From the NCBI GenBank assembly GCA_963778095.1, contig CAVZTB010000009.1, forward strand, positions 56,327 through 120,326: a DNA stretch of 64,000 nucleotides. Reading direction: 5' to 3'. Source of the DNA: an uncultured Actinomycetota bacterium (lineage in GTDB: Bacteria; Actinomycetota; Actinomycetes; Propionibacteriales; Nocardioidaceae). Positions 1-9,899 of this stretch are shown one piece after another (positions within the stretch are counted from its first letter, which is position 1; the number at the start of each line of letters is the position of its first letter). The position numbers and the translations under genes are program-made. A model generated the notes under the pieces. The model saw nothing but the letters and a program-made list of their open reading frames with translations. It was not told the origin of the DNA and did no database searches.

Positions 1-397
1 GGGCACCTACGCCTGGGACCGCGACTACGGCTTCGGGCTGGTCTCGGTGTCGAAGATGCTCGCGACACGACCCGACCGAGTGGCCCGACGTCAACCCGCT
101 GCTCAAGGGCCCCGGCGCGCGCTGAAGGACTTCCCGATGAGCAGCCGGCGGCGCAGCGGCGTCCGCGAGCCCGTCGGCGAGCGGCCGCACGACCCGTCGG
201 GTGCGAGCACGCCAGGGGTCGCGGCACCGACGACACGAAGCCCGCCTCCGCGGCGAGCGCCGACGGTGGCGGGGTCCCGGTGTGGGTGTGGCCGCTCGCT
301 GCGGTCGTCCTGCTCGGGGCTCGCGGGTGCAGGCATCGCAGCGAACAAACGGGGGAGCCGCTCGACCACGAGCGGTCGCACCAGAGAGGAAGGCTGA
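1..397 (+). CDS. 3' part of a membrane-anchored S8 (subtilisin/mycosin-like) serine protease, truncated by the window edge and frameshifted
   Basis: Stitched frames read ...WDRDYGFGLVSVSKML..NPLL, then a Pro/Ser/Ala linker, a hydrophobic helix (VPVWVWPLAAVVLLGLAGAGIAA) and a basic tail, with TGA at 395-397. The 'D..YG.G.V' motif and C-terminal anchor match mycosin tails. The catalytic residues lie outside the window. Confidence 0.65.
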   Translation, partial: GTYAWDRDYGFGLVSVSKMLATRPDRVARRQPAAQGPRRALKDFPMSSRRRSGVREPVGERPHDPSGASTPGVAAPTTRSPPPRRAPTVAGSRCGCGRSLRSSCSGLAGAGIAANKRGSRSTTSGRTREEG

Positions 398-402
398 CCG
401 AG

Positions 403-1943
403 ATGGCAGGTCCCTACGAGGAGAAGCTGGACAAGGCGACCAACGCCCAGCCCGTCGTGATCATGCAGGCGGCCGACACCTGGAAGAAGGCGGCCGACGG
501 GCTCGGCAAGGTGGCCGACGCAGATCGACACCGCCAAGCAGTCGATCGCGGCCGCCTGGAAGGGCGACGACGCGTCCGCGGCGACGGCGGCGTTCAGCAG
601 CCTGAGCAGCAACGTGCGCACGAACCAGACGAAGATGGAGCAGGCGAGCACGTCGCTGGACACCGCGGCGCAGACCCTGTGGACGCCCAGGGCGCCTACA
701 ACACCCTGCCCGCCGCCCGGCGTCATGCCGGGACCGGTGCAGCCGGGTCTCGACGGCCCGGCCCAGCACCAGGCGCAGATCCAGCACTCGCAGGCGGTCG
801 ACTCCGCCGCCGCGCAGGACGCCGCCCGGGAGGCGGGCCGCCAAGACGCGCCTACCAGGACCTCAAGGGCGGCCTCGGCGACGCCCAGATCACCATGAAC
901 GCGGTCGCCCCGCCCCGCTACAGCGGCGACGACGGCGGCACCGGCGGCAACCCGCCCGTGGGCCCGACCGGCGGACCCCGGTTCCGGCGCCCTACGTCCC
1001 GCTGCCCGGCTCCACGGGCGGCGGACCGGTCGGTCCCTACTCCACCAGCACCACCGGCACCCACGTGCACGCCGAGCTCGTCGGGCACCTCGACGGCGGC
1101 GGGTTCCTGCCCCACGTCCCGCACCCGGGGACCGGCGGCGGCCTGCTGCCGGGCTACGACGGCACGACCGCCGACGGGTTCGTCGGCGGGCACGGTCGCC
1201 GGCGGCACGGGCGGCGGCAGCGGCACTGCGCTCGGGCTTCCCGGCGGCGTGGGCGGCGCCCCGGGCGTGATCGGCGGCAGCTCGACCGGCAGCCTCGCCG
1301 GCGGCGCGGTCGGCGGTCTCGCGGGCATGCTCGGCGGAGCCGGCGGTGCGCTCGGCGCCCTGCGCGGCGGCGCGTCCAGCGGCTCGTCGGTCGCCGGCCG
1401 GCTGGCCGGCAAGGTCGGCGGACTCACCGGCTGGTGCGACCGGCTCACCGACCTCGGCGCTCGGTGGCACGCCACGCGGCGCCGCACTCGGCACGGCCAA
1501 GGGCGGGGTGCTCGGCGGCACGGGCACGCCCGGACGCCACGGGCACGACCGGCGCGACGTCCACCACCGCGGGCCGCGGCACCTCCGGGGCGGCCGGTCG
1601 ACCGGGCTCGATGACCCCGGGCAGCAGCGGCACCTCGGCGGGCCGGGCCGGCTCGGCCGGTGCCGGCGGGCGCGGAGCCTCCGGTCGCTACGCCTCGGCC
1701 GCGGCCGAGGAGGAGAGCGCCGCCGGTCGCGGTGGTCGCTCCTCCACCGGCATGCGGTCGGGCGGTCGCAGCGGGCCTGCCGCCGAGGGCGGCGGCCGGG
1801 GCGGTGCCGGCGGCACCGGCGGCACCGGCGGTTCGACCGGGCAGGGCCGTGACGACAAGGCCGCCAAGCGCAAGTCCCTGGTGTTCGAGGACGACGACGC
1901 CTGGCTCGACGACGACGAGTCCGGACCGGACGTGATCCGGTGA
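403..1943 (+). CDS. WXG100/PPE-like N-terminal domain protein with a long Gly/Ser/Thr-rich tail (T7SS substrate-like), frameshifted
   Basis: GAGGAAGG lies upstream of ATG 403. The helical N-terminus has WKG at 557-565. The low-complexity tail ends KRKSLVFEDDDAWLDDDESGPDVIR, and the stop overlaps the eccD start (GTGA). Confidence 0.75.
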
Positions 1944-3294
1944 CGCAGACGATGACCGGCAGCGCCGGCCTCGTGCGGGTGTCGGTCGTGGCCGGTGAGC
2001 GGCGGGTCGACCTGGCGCTGCCCGGTGCGCTGCCGGTGGCCGAGCTGCTGCCCGGAGCTCGCCCGCGCCGTCGGGCGTGCTCGACGGGCAGACGGCGTAC
2101 GGCGGCTACTCGCTGCGCACCTCCGACGGCCGTCGCCTGGTCGGGGACACCGGGCTGACGTTCCAGGGCGTCGAGGACGGCGGTGTGCTCACCGTCGTCT
2201 CCGGCGTCGACGAGGAGCCGCCGCGGGTCTACGACGACATCGTCGAGGCGATGGCCGACGCCGTCGAGAACGACATGCGGCCCTGGGAGCCGTCGGCAGG
2301 TCGACGCACCGCCCTGTCCTCGGCCTCGCTGCTGCTCGGGCTCGGCGCGCTGGCCCTGGCCCTCCAGCGGCCCGACGTCGTCGCCGGTGCCGCGGCCGGG
2401 GTCGCGGCCCTGGTCCTGGTCGCCGCCGCTCTCGTGCTGGCCCGCGTGCAGGGCGAGCACGAGGCGGCGGTCACCCTCGCCTGGGCCGGGGTCGCCTACG
2501 CCGTCGTCTGCGGGCTGACCGCGGCGCCGGCCGGGCCGCTGCTCGAGGCGCCGGCCGCCCTGGCGGGTGCCGGCGCGGTGCTCGCCGGCGTCGTGGCGCT
2601 GGTCGGCCTGGTCGAGCGCCGCGCCCTGATGCTCCCGGCGGTCGCCGCCGGCGGTGTCGTGGCCGCGGCCAGCGGGATCGTGACGGTCTCGTCGTTCAGC
2701 GCCGGCGCGGTCTACACCGTCGCCCTGGTGGTGGCGGTGCTGGTCGGCAGCGCACTGCCCTGGTTCGCCCTCGGCACCACCTCGACCCGCGTGGAGCAGG
2801 CGCACTCGGACGCCGACATCACCGCCGAGCCCCGCGAGGTGCACCCGGACGCGGTCCGCAAGGACGCCCGCCTCGGCCACGAGATCCTGCTCGCCGTCAC
2901 CGCGACGGTGGGGCTGCTCGTCGTCCTGGTCAGCCCGCTGGCCGTGGACCTCGGCGTCACCGGGGCCCTCGTGGTCGTGTGCGCCAGCGCCGTACTCATG
3001 CTGCGCACCCGGCAGTACCGCGTGGGCACCGAGGTGGCCACCGGGCTGGCCTGCGGAGTCGCGGGCCTGGTCGCGGTCGCGGTGAGCGTCATCGTGGAGC
3101 AGCCGACCTGGCACGTCGCGCTCGCGCTGCTGCTCGCCGTCACCGGTGCGGTGCTGCTGGTCTTCACCCTCGTCCCCATGGCGCCGTCGGTGCGACGCGG
3201 GCGGCTGGGGGACATCGCAGAGCTCGTGGCGCTCGTCGCGATGCTCCCGCTGCTGGTCTTCGCGATCGGCCTCGTCGGGGCGGTTGGATCCTGA
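1940..3294 (+). CDS. eccD: Type VII secretion integral membrane protein EccD (one frameshift near 2055)
   Basis: An N-terminal ubiquitin-like YukD segment (RVSVVAGERRVDLALP..PVAELLPEL, GVEDGGVL, PRVYDDIVEA) is followed by many TM helices and ends DIAELVALVAMLPLL. Confidence 0.9.
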
Positions 3295-3395
3295 TCGCCC
3301 GGGGAAGAATCCCGACATTCTCGGGTCGGCACCACCAGACACCACGCTCCAGAACCACCTCATCACCGGCCACACCGGCCACGAGAAGGAGAACC

Positions 3396-4551
3396 ATGAA
3401 GTACGGTCGCAGACTGACCGCAGTTGGAATGCTCACCGGGGGACTACTGCTGGTCGGTTTCGCGGCCCCGTCCCTCGCTGACGTCGGCACCGCCGACGGT
3501 TCGACGGACGCCTCCAGCTCATCGGTCACCACGGACGCCGGATCGACGGCGACAGACACCACGGCTCCGGCCCAGGACGCGTCAGCCGCGCAGCAGCGGC
3601 TCGACCGCGACTCGCCGCGTCGCCGGGTCGCAGTCGCTCGACGTCGCCGACGACACATGCGACCCGTCGACAGCGGGGCATGCGACCCGGCCAGGCTGCA
3701 CGAGGACGGTCTACTGCCAGGCTCTCTCGACGACGATCCGCGACCACCCGCCTCGCTGAGTGCGACAAGGGCAACGACCCGCCGACGGATCCGACGTGCA
3801 GCGTCGCGGCTCAGGACTACGACTGCAACGGACGACGGCACCGATGACTGCGGCCCCTTGACCGACGACAAGGACTGCGACGGGCCGAAGGTCGACGACA
3901 GGGTGACGGTGCGGACGACCCGTGCGCGAGCGGACCCAGTGCAACGCTGCACCCCTGAGCAGTACTGCGCAATCCAGGCGCACAGCCAGGAGACCGTGTG
4001 TCTCCGTCCGGACGGCGGCGGCAACGGCGGCGGCAACGGCGGCGGCAACCGCGGCGGCAACGGCGGCGGCAACGGCGGCGGAGGCGGCACCACGACCCCG
4101 CCGCGCCGCGACCACGCCGCCCCCGGCCACGACCCCGCCGCCGTCCGGCGGCGGCGTCCCGCAGGGCAGCGCCCCGAGCAGCCCGGGCAAGGGCGGCAAG
4201 GGTGGCAAGCAGGGCCCCGGCACCGGTGCCGGCGGCTCGTCGAGCAGCAACGGGTCCAGCTCGGAGGGCACCGTCCCCGGTGCCCACGTGCGGGGCGAGA
4301 GCTCGCCCGGCACGTCCGCCTGCGGTGACCCGGCGATCTGCAACGACAGCGGGATCCTCGGGGTCGACGCCACCGCGAGCACCCCGTCGACGACCGACAC
4401 CCTGGCGAGCACGGGCACGACCAGCGGCGACGTCCTGCCGCAGACCGGCGCGCCGGAGGGCACGCAGGGGCTGATGCTGGTGGGCTTCGGCCTGCTGGCC
4501 GGCGGCGTGCTGATGGTCCGCCCGCGTCGCCTGGCGCGGCACAAGGCCTGA
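3396..4551 (+). CDS. Secreted, sortase-anchored (LPQTG) Cys/Asp-rich surface protein, frameshifted
   Basis: AAGGAG RBS. Signal peptide MKYGRRLTAVGMLTGGLLLVGFAAPSLA, then a Ser/Thr linker, a Cys/Asp-rich segment, GGGN repeats and a Pro/Thr linker. LPQTG at 4435-4449 is followed by a hydrophobic helix and a basic tail (RPRRLARHKA). Confidence 0.8.
4014..4082 (+). repeat. 12-bp tandem repeat (GGCGGCGGCAAC) x5 plus a partial copy, encoding GGGN
   Basis: Units start at 4014, 4026, 4038, 4050 (variant CGCGGCGGCAAC) and 4062. Confidence 0.9.
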
Positions 4552-4689
4552 CCGGTCGGCGGGGTGTGCCCGGAGCTCGACGCGCGTCCGAGACGCGGCT
4601 GATCTCCGGCACACCCCGCTCGGCCGTCCGGCCGTCCACCACCGACGGGTTCCGGCCCGCAACGGGTCACAGACGGGGACGATAGAGGC

Positions 4690-6064
4690 ATGTCGAGCAA
4701 GAAAGACCTGGTCGAGGCGCACTCCTTCAACCGCCGACGCCTGATCACGGCCTTCGTGAGCGGGGCTCCCGGGGGCCGCGAGGTCGAGCCGGTCCGCTAC
4801 GGCCGCACGCTGGTCGGCGGGCTGGTGCTGGCCTGCTGGTCGTGGTCGGGGCCGCGGTGACGCCGCTGCTGACCCAGAAGGACCTGCCCGACGACTGGAA
4901 CAAGAAGGGCCTGGTCGTCGGCAAGGACAGCGGCTCGCGCTTCGTCGCGGTCGACAAGACGCTCTACCCGGTCATCAACACCACCTCGGCCCGGCTGCTG
5001 CTCGGCACCGACGGGAAGTTCGACGTGAACTTCGTCCCCGAGGACGAGATCGCCAAGCAGAAGCAGGGCCAGACCATCGGCATCCCCGGTGCGCCCGACC
5101 TGCTGCCCACGCCCTCGAAGCTCATCCAGTCCGGCTGGACGGCGTGCACCAGCTCCGCCGGCGGCGTCCGGGTGACGCTGTCGGACACCAAGCAGGTCAC
5201 CCCCCGCCCGACGGACGCGTTCGTCGTCACCACGCCAGGACGGCGGCACGGCACGTCATCGCCGGCCAGACGCGGTACGAGATCCCGCGCGGGGCCCAGG
5301 GCAACGCGATCCTGCGGGCGCTCGGGCTCGACGGGGACGCCGCGGCGACCGTGCCGGGGCTGTGGCTCGACCTGGTCAAGCCGGGTCGTCCGCTCGAGCC
5401 CTTCGAGGTGGACGGCGAGGGCGACAAGGTCGACACCGGCGTCGACGGGCTGGAGACGGTCGGCACCCCGGTCAAGGTCGACGACCGGCCCTACGTCCTG
5501 GGCAAGAAGGGGCTGCTGCCGCTGACCGACTTCGCCTACACCATCTACCGGTCCGCGGGTCCCGGCGCCGATCCTCGAGGAGCAGCAGGTGCAGAGCGGT
5601 CAGCTCGGCCGCCTCGACACCGTCAGCGACCCGGGCGCGCGGCCCTACCCGTCCGACTGGCCGGAGCAGGACGTCACCCCGTTCGACCGGGGTGACAGCC
5701 CCTGCCTGCCGGCTCACCACCAGCGCGGACTCGGCGGCGACCGTCGGGCTGGCCGCACCCACCGAGGGCTCGACGGCGCCCAGCACCACACCGGGTGTCA
5801 CCCGCGGGGTGGACAGCGGGCACGGCGCCCTCGTGCAGGCCACGGCCGGCGGCGTGATCGGCTCCGGCACCACCTTCCTGATCGACTCGACCGGCACCCG
5901 CTACGCGGTCGGCAGCCGGGCGGACGCCGGGTCCACCCTGACCTCGCTCGGCTACGCCGGGAAGAAGCCCGCAGCCGGTCCCCGCGGCCTGGCTCGAGCT
6001 GTTCCAGGACGGCCCGACGCTGTCGGCCCAGGCCGCGGCCCGGCCCACCGGCGGTCAGTCGTGA
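4690..6064 (+). CDS. eccB: Type VII secretion protein EccB, frameshifted
   Basis: The MSSKKDLVEAHSFNRRRLITAFVSG start, a single TM helix, LYPVINTTSARLLL, IGIPGAPDLLP..WTAC and C-terminal WLELFQDGPTLS are typical EccB motifs. Confidence 0.9.
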
Positions 6065-7338
6065 CCCTGCCGGGGCGCGCGGCCACGGTCGTCACGTGCG
6101 CCCTCGCCGGCGTCGCCCTGCCGGTGCTGACGCCGGCGTCCCAGGCGGTCGAGGCCCCGAAGTGCGAGGTGGGCCGGACCCAGTACGTCGACGACTCGTC
6201 GTACGCCATCGCCGGCCTCGGGGTCCCGCAGTCCTGGTCCCTGGCCACCGGCAAGGGGGTGACGGTCGCGGTCGTCGACTCCGGGGTGGATCCCGGCAAC
6301 GCCCACCTGCGCGGGCGCCCTGGTGCCGGGGACGTCCTTCGTGCCCGGGCCGCCCACCGAGGACATCCTCGGGCACGGGACCGGCGTCGCCGGCATCATC
6401 GCGGCGAGGTACGTCCAGGGTTCCGCCCTCATCGGCGCGGCGCCCTCGGCCAAGATCATGCCCGTGCGGGTGTTCCAGGACGAGGACGTGACCGGCACCC
6501 AGGCCGTGGCCTACCCGCCGGACACCGGGCGGATGGCCCAGGGCATCGCCTGGGCGGTGCGGCACGGCGCCGACGTCATCAACGTCTCGATGAGCACCCG
6601 GCCCAGCGACGACGCGCGTGCCGGAGCTCCGGGCCGCGCTCGAGCTCGCGCGCCGCAACGACGTGGTCGTGGTCGCCTCGGGCGGCAACCAGACCGAGGA
6701 CGCTCCGTTCACCGCAGGTGCGCTACCCCGCAGGCGGACCGGGCGTGATCGGGGTCGCCGCCACGGGCCTGTCCGGGGTCGTCGACGACTGGTCGATCCA
6801 CGGTTCCCAGAACGACGTCAGCGCCCCGGGCGCCAACGTGCTGATCGCCTACCACGCCAACGGCGACTGCCTCGCCGGCCAGGACCACGCGTACACCAGC
6901 TGGTCGACCGGGTTCGTCAGCGGCCTGGCGGCCCAGCTCCGGGAGCGGTTCCCGAAGGAGTCGGCCGAGCAGATCGCCTACCGCATCACCGCCTCGGCCG
7001 ACCGGCCGCGGATGTCCGAGCGCGACGACGTGCAGGGCTGGGGCGAGATCCGCCCCTACGCCGCGCTGACGATGAGCCTCGACCCGAACCGGGTGGGGCC
7101 GCCGCTGCCCGGCGGACAGTCGGCGCCGCCGGTCGCGAAGCGCGCAGGCGCCGGTCGAGCCCGCTGGCGGCCGACGTCGACACGCTCGCGCCCGGCGCGG
7201 GAGCAGGCCCTGTGGTGGAGCCTCGCCGCGGTCGGCGTGGGCGCGCTGGCGCTGGTGCTGCGGCCCTGGGCGGCGCGGGTCGACCGTCGGGCGCGACCGG
7301 CCCGCGGCCGCCGGCGCAGCGGCGCCGAGACGCCGTAG
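6061..7338 (+). CDS. mycP: Type VII secretion-associated S8 serine protease (mycosin), frameshifted
   Basis: Signal peptide; catalytic Asp in GVTVAVVDSGV, His in HGTGVAGII, oxyanion Asn in VVASGGN, Ser in YTSWSTGFVSG; GWGEI; C-terminal TM. The start overlaps the eccB stop. Confidence 0.85.
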   Translation: MTLPGRAATVVTCALAGVALPVLTPASQAVEAPKCEVGRTQYVDDSSYAIAGLGVPQSWSLATGKGVTVAVVDSGVDPGNAHLRGRPGAGDVLRARAAHRGHPRARDRRRRHHRGEVRPGFRPHRRGALGQDHARAGVPGRGRDRHPGRGLPAGHRADGPGHRLGGAARRRRHQRLDEHPAQRRRACRSSGPRSSSRAATTWSWSPRAATRPRTLRSPQVRYPAGGPGVIGVAATGLSGVVDDWSIHGSQNDVSAPGANVLIAYHANGDCLAGQDHAYTSWSTGFVSGLAAQLRERFPKESAEQIAYRITASADRPRMSERDDVQGWGEIRPYAALTMSLDPNRVGPPLPGGQSAPPVAKRAGAGRARWRPTSTRSRPAREQALWWSLAAVGVGALALVLRPWAARVDRRARPARGRRRSGAETP

Positions 7339-7345
7339 GCGCGGC

Positions 7346-7755
7346 TCAGACCTCGCGCTCGGCGCGGGTGCGCTCCTCCGCGAGCCGGAGCTCCTCGGTC
7401 TCCTCGACGTACTCCGGGTCGGCCTGCAGCTGACGGGAGAGGTCGGCGATGTTGCGGCGCGCGTTCTCCCGGGCGACGACGGCGCTCGGGTCGTTGTCCC
7501 GGCCCTCGACGACGTCCTCCCAGGTGGTCTGGTTGCGGTCGACGCGCAGCCTGGAGGCGCTGCATCTCGCGGCCCAGCTCACCCTCCCGGGCCTCCTTGG
7601 CCCGCTCCTCGCGGCGCTTGTCGCGCTCCTTCTTGAACTGCCTCGTGCTCCTTCTTGATCGACGCGGTCATCGCGCGGAGCGACGAGACCGCGTCGGCGG
7701 TCTCCCGGTCGGCGTTGTCGAGGGCGGCGCGCAGCCGCGGGTCCTGGTCAGGCAC
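7346..7755 (-). CDS. Small charged coiled-coil hypothetical protein, frameshifted
   Basis: GGAG precedes GTG at 7755. Stitched: MPDQDPRLRAALDNADRETADAVSSLRAMTASIKKEHEAVQEERDKRREERAKEAREGELGREMQRL...RVDRNQTTWEDVVEGRDNDPSA...EREV. Confidence 0.65.
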
Positions 7756-7803
7756 GGGTGCTCCGAGGCTCGACGGGGTCGGAGCGAGTGGCGGAGCGAC
7801 GGG

Positions 7804-8557
7804 TCAGCCGAAGCCGTGCTCGCTGGTCTCGTCCATGTGGTTGCCGGCGTCGCGTGCTCGCGGCGACGTTGCCGAACTGGAGCACGGTGTCGGCCGCCGA
7901 CAGCCCGGCGTTGACGTAGCGGAGCACCGCGACGACCGCCTTGACGGCCCGGGTGAACTTCTGGATCGCCTCGATGCCGCGGTGGATCAGGCTGATCACC
8001 TTGCGGGCCTTGCCCGGCGCGCTGATCGCGCCCTTGGCCCAGCCGAACGGTCCGGAGGCCGCGTCGAGCAGCAGCTCGGTGATGATGTCGTTGATGAAGC
8101 TGAGCGCGGCAGCCACCACCTCGGCGGTGGCCTGGGCGACCTCGATGCACGTGCCCGAGCTGGTCCTGGATGTGGGGGTGGCCTCCTGCTGGCCGTCGTG
8201 CATGTCGGCGATGTCGGTCAGCCGGCGCTGCGCGGCGTGCGAGGCGGGTCCCTCCCAGACCGCCGGCAGCTGGCCGGACATCGACCGGTAGTTGTCGCCG
8301 ACCGCGCCGAGCGCGAGACCCGACGTTGCCCCAGCCCTTCTGCATCGAGCGAGACGGTGTTGAAGTCGCCGGCGATCGGCTTGAACAGCGCCTCGAGCAG
8401 GCTGAAGCCGGTCAGCGTGCTCACGAGCGAGTCGATCTTGCTGATGATGAAGCCGCAGTCCTTCTTGAGGCCCTCGATGTAGTCGCCCATGCCCCCGTCG
8501 GGCGCGCCGCCGCCCAGCACCGTGCTCCGGGTTCTGCGTCTCCGTGATCGCGCTCAT
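7804..8557 (-). CDS. WXG100/EspA-like helical protein, frameshifted
   Basis: Contains LFKPIAGDF..WGN, QLPAVWEGPASHAA (WEG at 8249-8257) and a long amphipathic/hydrophobic C-terminal half. Its start overlaps the upstream stop (ATGA). Confidence 0.7.
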
Positions 8558-9558
8558 CGGGTCGCCCAGTCCTGGGCGCTGAACGGTCGTCGTCCTGGCC
8601 CTCGTAGTCGTCGTAGTCGTCGAGGTCGTCGACGGTCTCCTGCAGCTGCTGCGGTGTGGTCGACGATGCTCTGGCGTGTGGTCGATCAGGCCGGAGACCT
8701 GGTCGTAGGCGCCCTTGTAGGTGCCCGCCGCGTCGAGGACGTCGCGCCGGTTCTGGTGGTCGACGGAGTCGGCGTGGTGCTGCTCGCGAGCCGCGTCGGA
8801 CGCCGCCTGCCGGGCCTCGTCGGGGCTCTTGCCGTCGATGATGGCCTGGTCGTAGGCGTTGTCGTAGGCGTCCTGGCGGCGGGCCTCCATCTGGTCGTGC
8901 ACCCGGGTGTCGGCGATCGTGTCCACGTCGGGACGCACCATGTCGCGGGCCTGCTCCGCGGTGTAGCCCTGCGCGCGGTAGGCCATGTAGTCGTCGTAGT
9001 CGGCCTTGGTGTGCAGCGTCCGGACGATGCTGTCCTTGGCGGCGGTCCTCGGGTCGAGCCAGGGCGGCAGGTCGTCGGTCTTCGGGCCGGGGACCACCCG
9101 GTCGAACGGGTCCTTGAGCCACGGTGGGGCGGACGGCAGCCCGAACGGGTCGTCGTCCTTGGCGTCCGTGCGGCGACCCGGGTCCGGAGGTCGGGCCGCC
9201 GGGCGTGGTCTCGCCGCTGCCCGGGGCGACGTACGGCGGCAGCGCCATCTCGTCACCGAAGAGCTTGTCGAACGTGCGGTAGACCGCGCGGTCGCTCTCG
9301 ACGTAGTCCTGGCTGCACGCCTTGAACGAGTCCCGGACCTTGCCGGCGACCGTCTGCGAGTCCTGCATGCCCTTGCGGGCGTGCTCGAGCGGTCTCCTGG
9401 TAGCTGCCCACGAAGATCTGCAGCACGCCGGAGAAGGCCCCGGTCCTGCTGCACACGTCGGCGATGTAGCCGTCGGTGGCCGCGACGTGGTCGAGCTGCC
9501 GGTCGGCGACCGTGCCGGCGGCGAGCAGGCTGTCCGGGTCGACCTCGAAGTGGACCAT
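8554..9558 (-). CDS. EspC-like T7SS-target N-terminus (YxxxD) fused to a Pro-rich linker and an acidic helical domain, frameshifted
   Basis: Starts MVHFEVDPDSLLAAG. SQDYVESD has YVESD at 9291-9305, about 90 residues in. The C-terminal region is Asp/Tyr/Ala-rich. Confidence 0.7.
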
Positions 9559-9654
9559 CACAGACCCCCGTGTGTGAATGTGCGCTCTGGCGATGCGTCG
9601 CCGGGGAGGATAGCCGTTCCGAGCGCCCGCCAAACCTCGGCGGTCCGTAAAGAG

Positions 9655-9852
9655 TCAGCCCTCGTGCGTCGGCGGCGTCTCCTCGCGGCGCTTCTGCTCC
9701 TCCTGGTAGCGAGCCTCGAGCGCGTCGCCCTCGGTGCGCGTCATGTACTGCGTGTCGGTCTCGTCGCGGTGCGTCTTGTCGCTGCGCGAGTAGGCGACGA
9801 GGGCGACCGCGACGGCCACCACGACCAGGATCACGACGATGGCGACGACCAT
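9655..9852 (-). CDS. Small single-TM hypothetical protein
   Basis: GGAG precedes ATG. MVVAIVVILVVVAVAVALVAYS is followed by a charged tail, with host-like codon use. Confidence 0.6.
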   Translation of the reverse strand: MVVAIVVILVVVAVAVALVAYSRSDKTHRDETDTQYMTRTEGDALEARYQEEQKRREETPPTHEG

Positions 9853-9899
9853 GGCGGGCTCCGTTCCGAGAGCACCCGTTCGGTGCTGGTCCGCCGACC

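Noticed and set aside
103-3375. 1090-aa minus-strand ORF, and many other long Arg/Pro/Ala-rich ORFs in the track (for example most of 14093-17710, 28845-30872 and 60747-63341)
   Set aside because: These are shadow or off-frame ORFs caused by high GC and indels. They overlap genes with clear motifs and have none of their own beyond the stitched real segments.
403-9558. Recognisable nuclease, deaminase or NADase toxin domains in the T7SS substrates
   Set aside because: I saw no HNH, PD-(D/E)xK, TNT or deaminase motifs, so toxicity remains a hypothesis.
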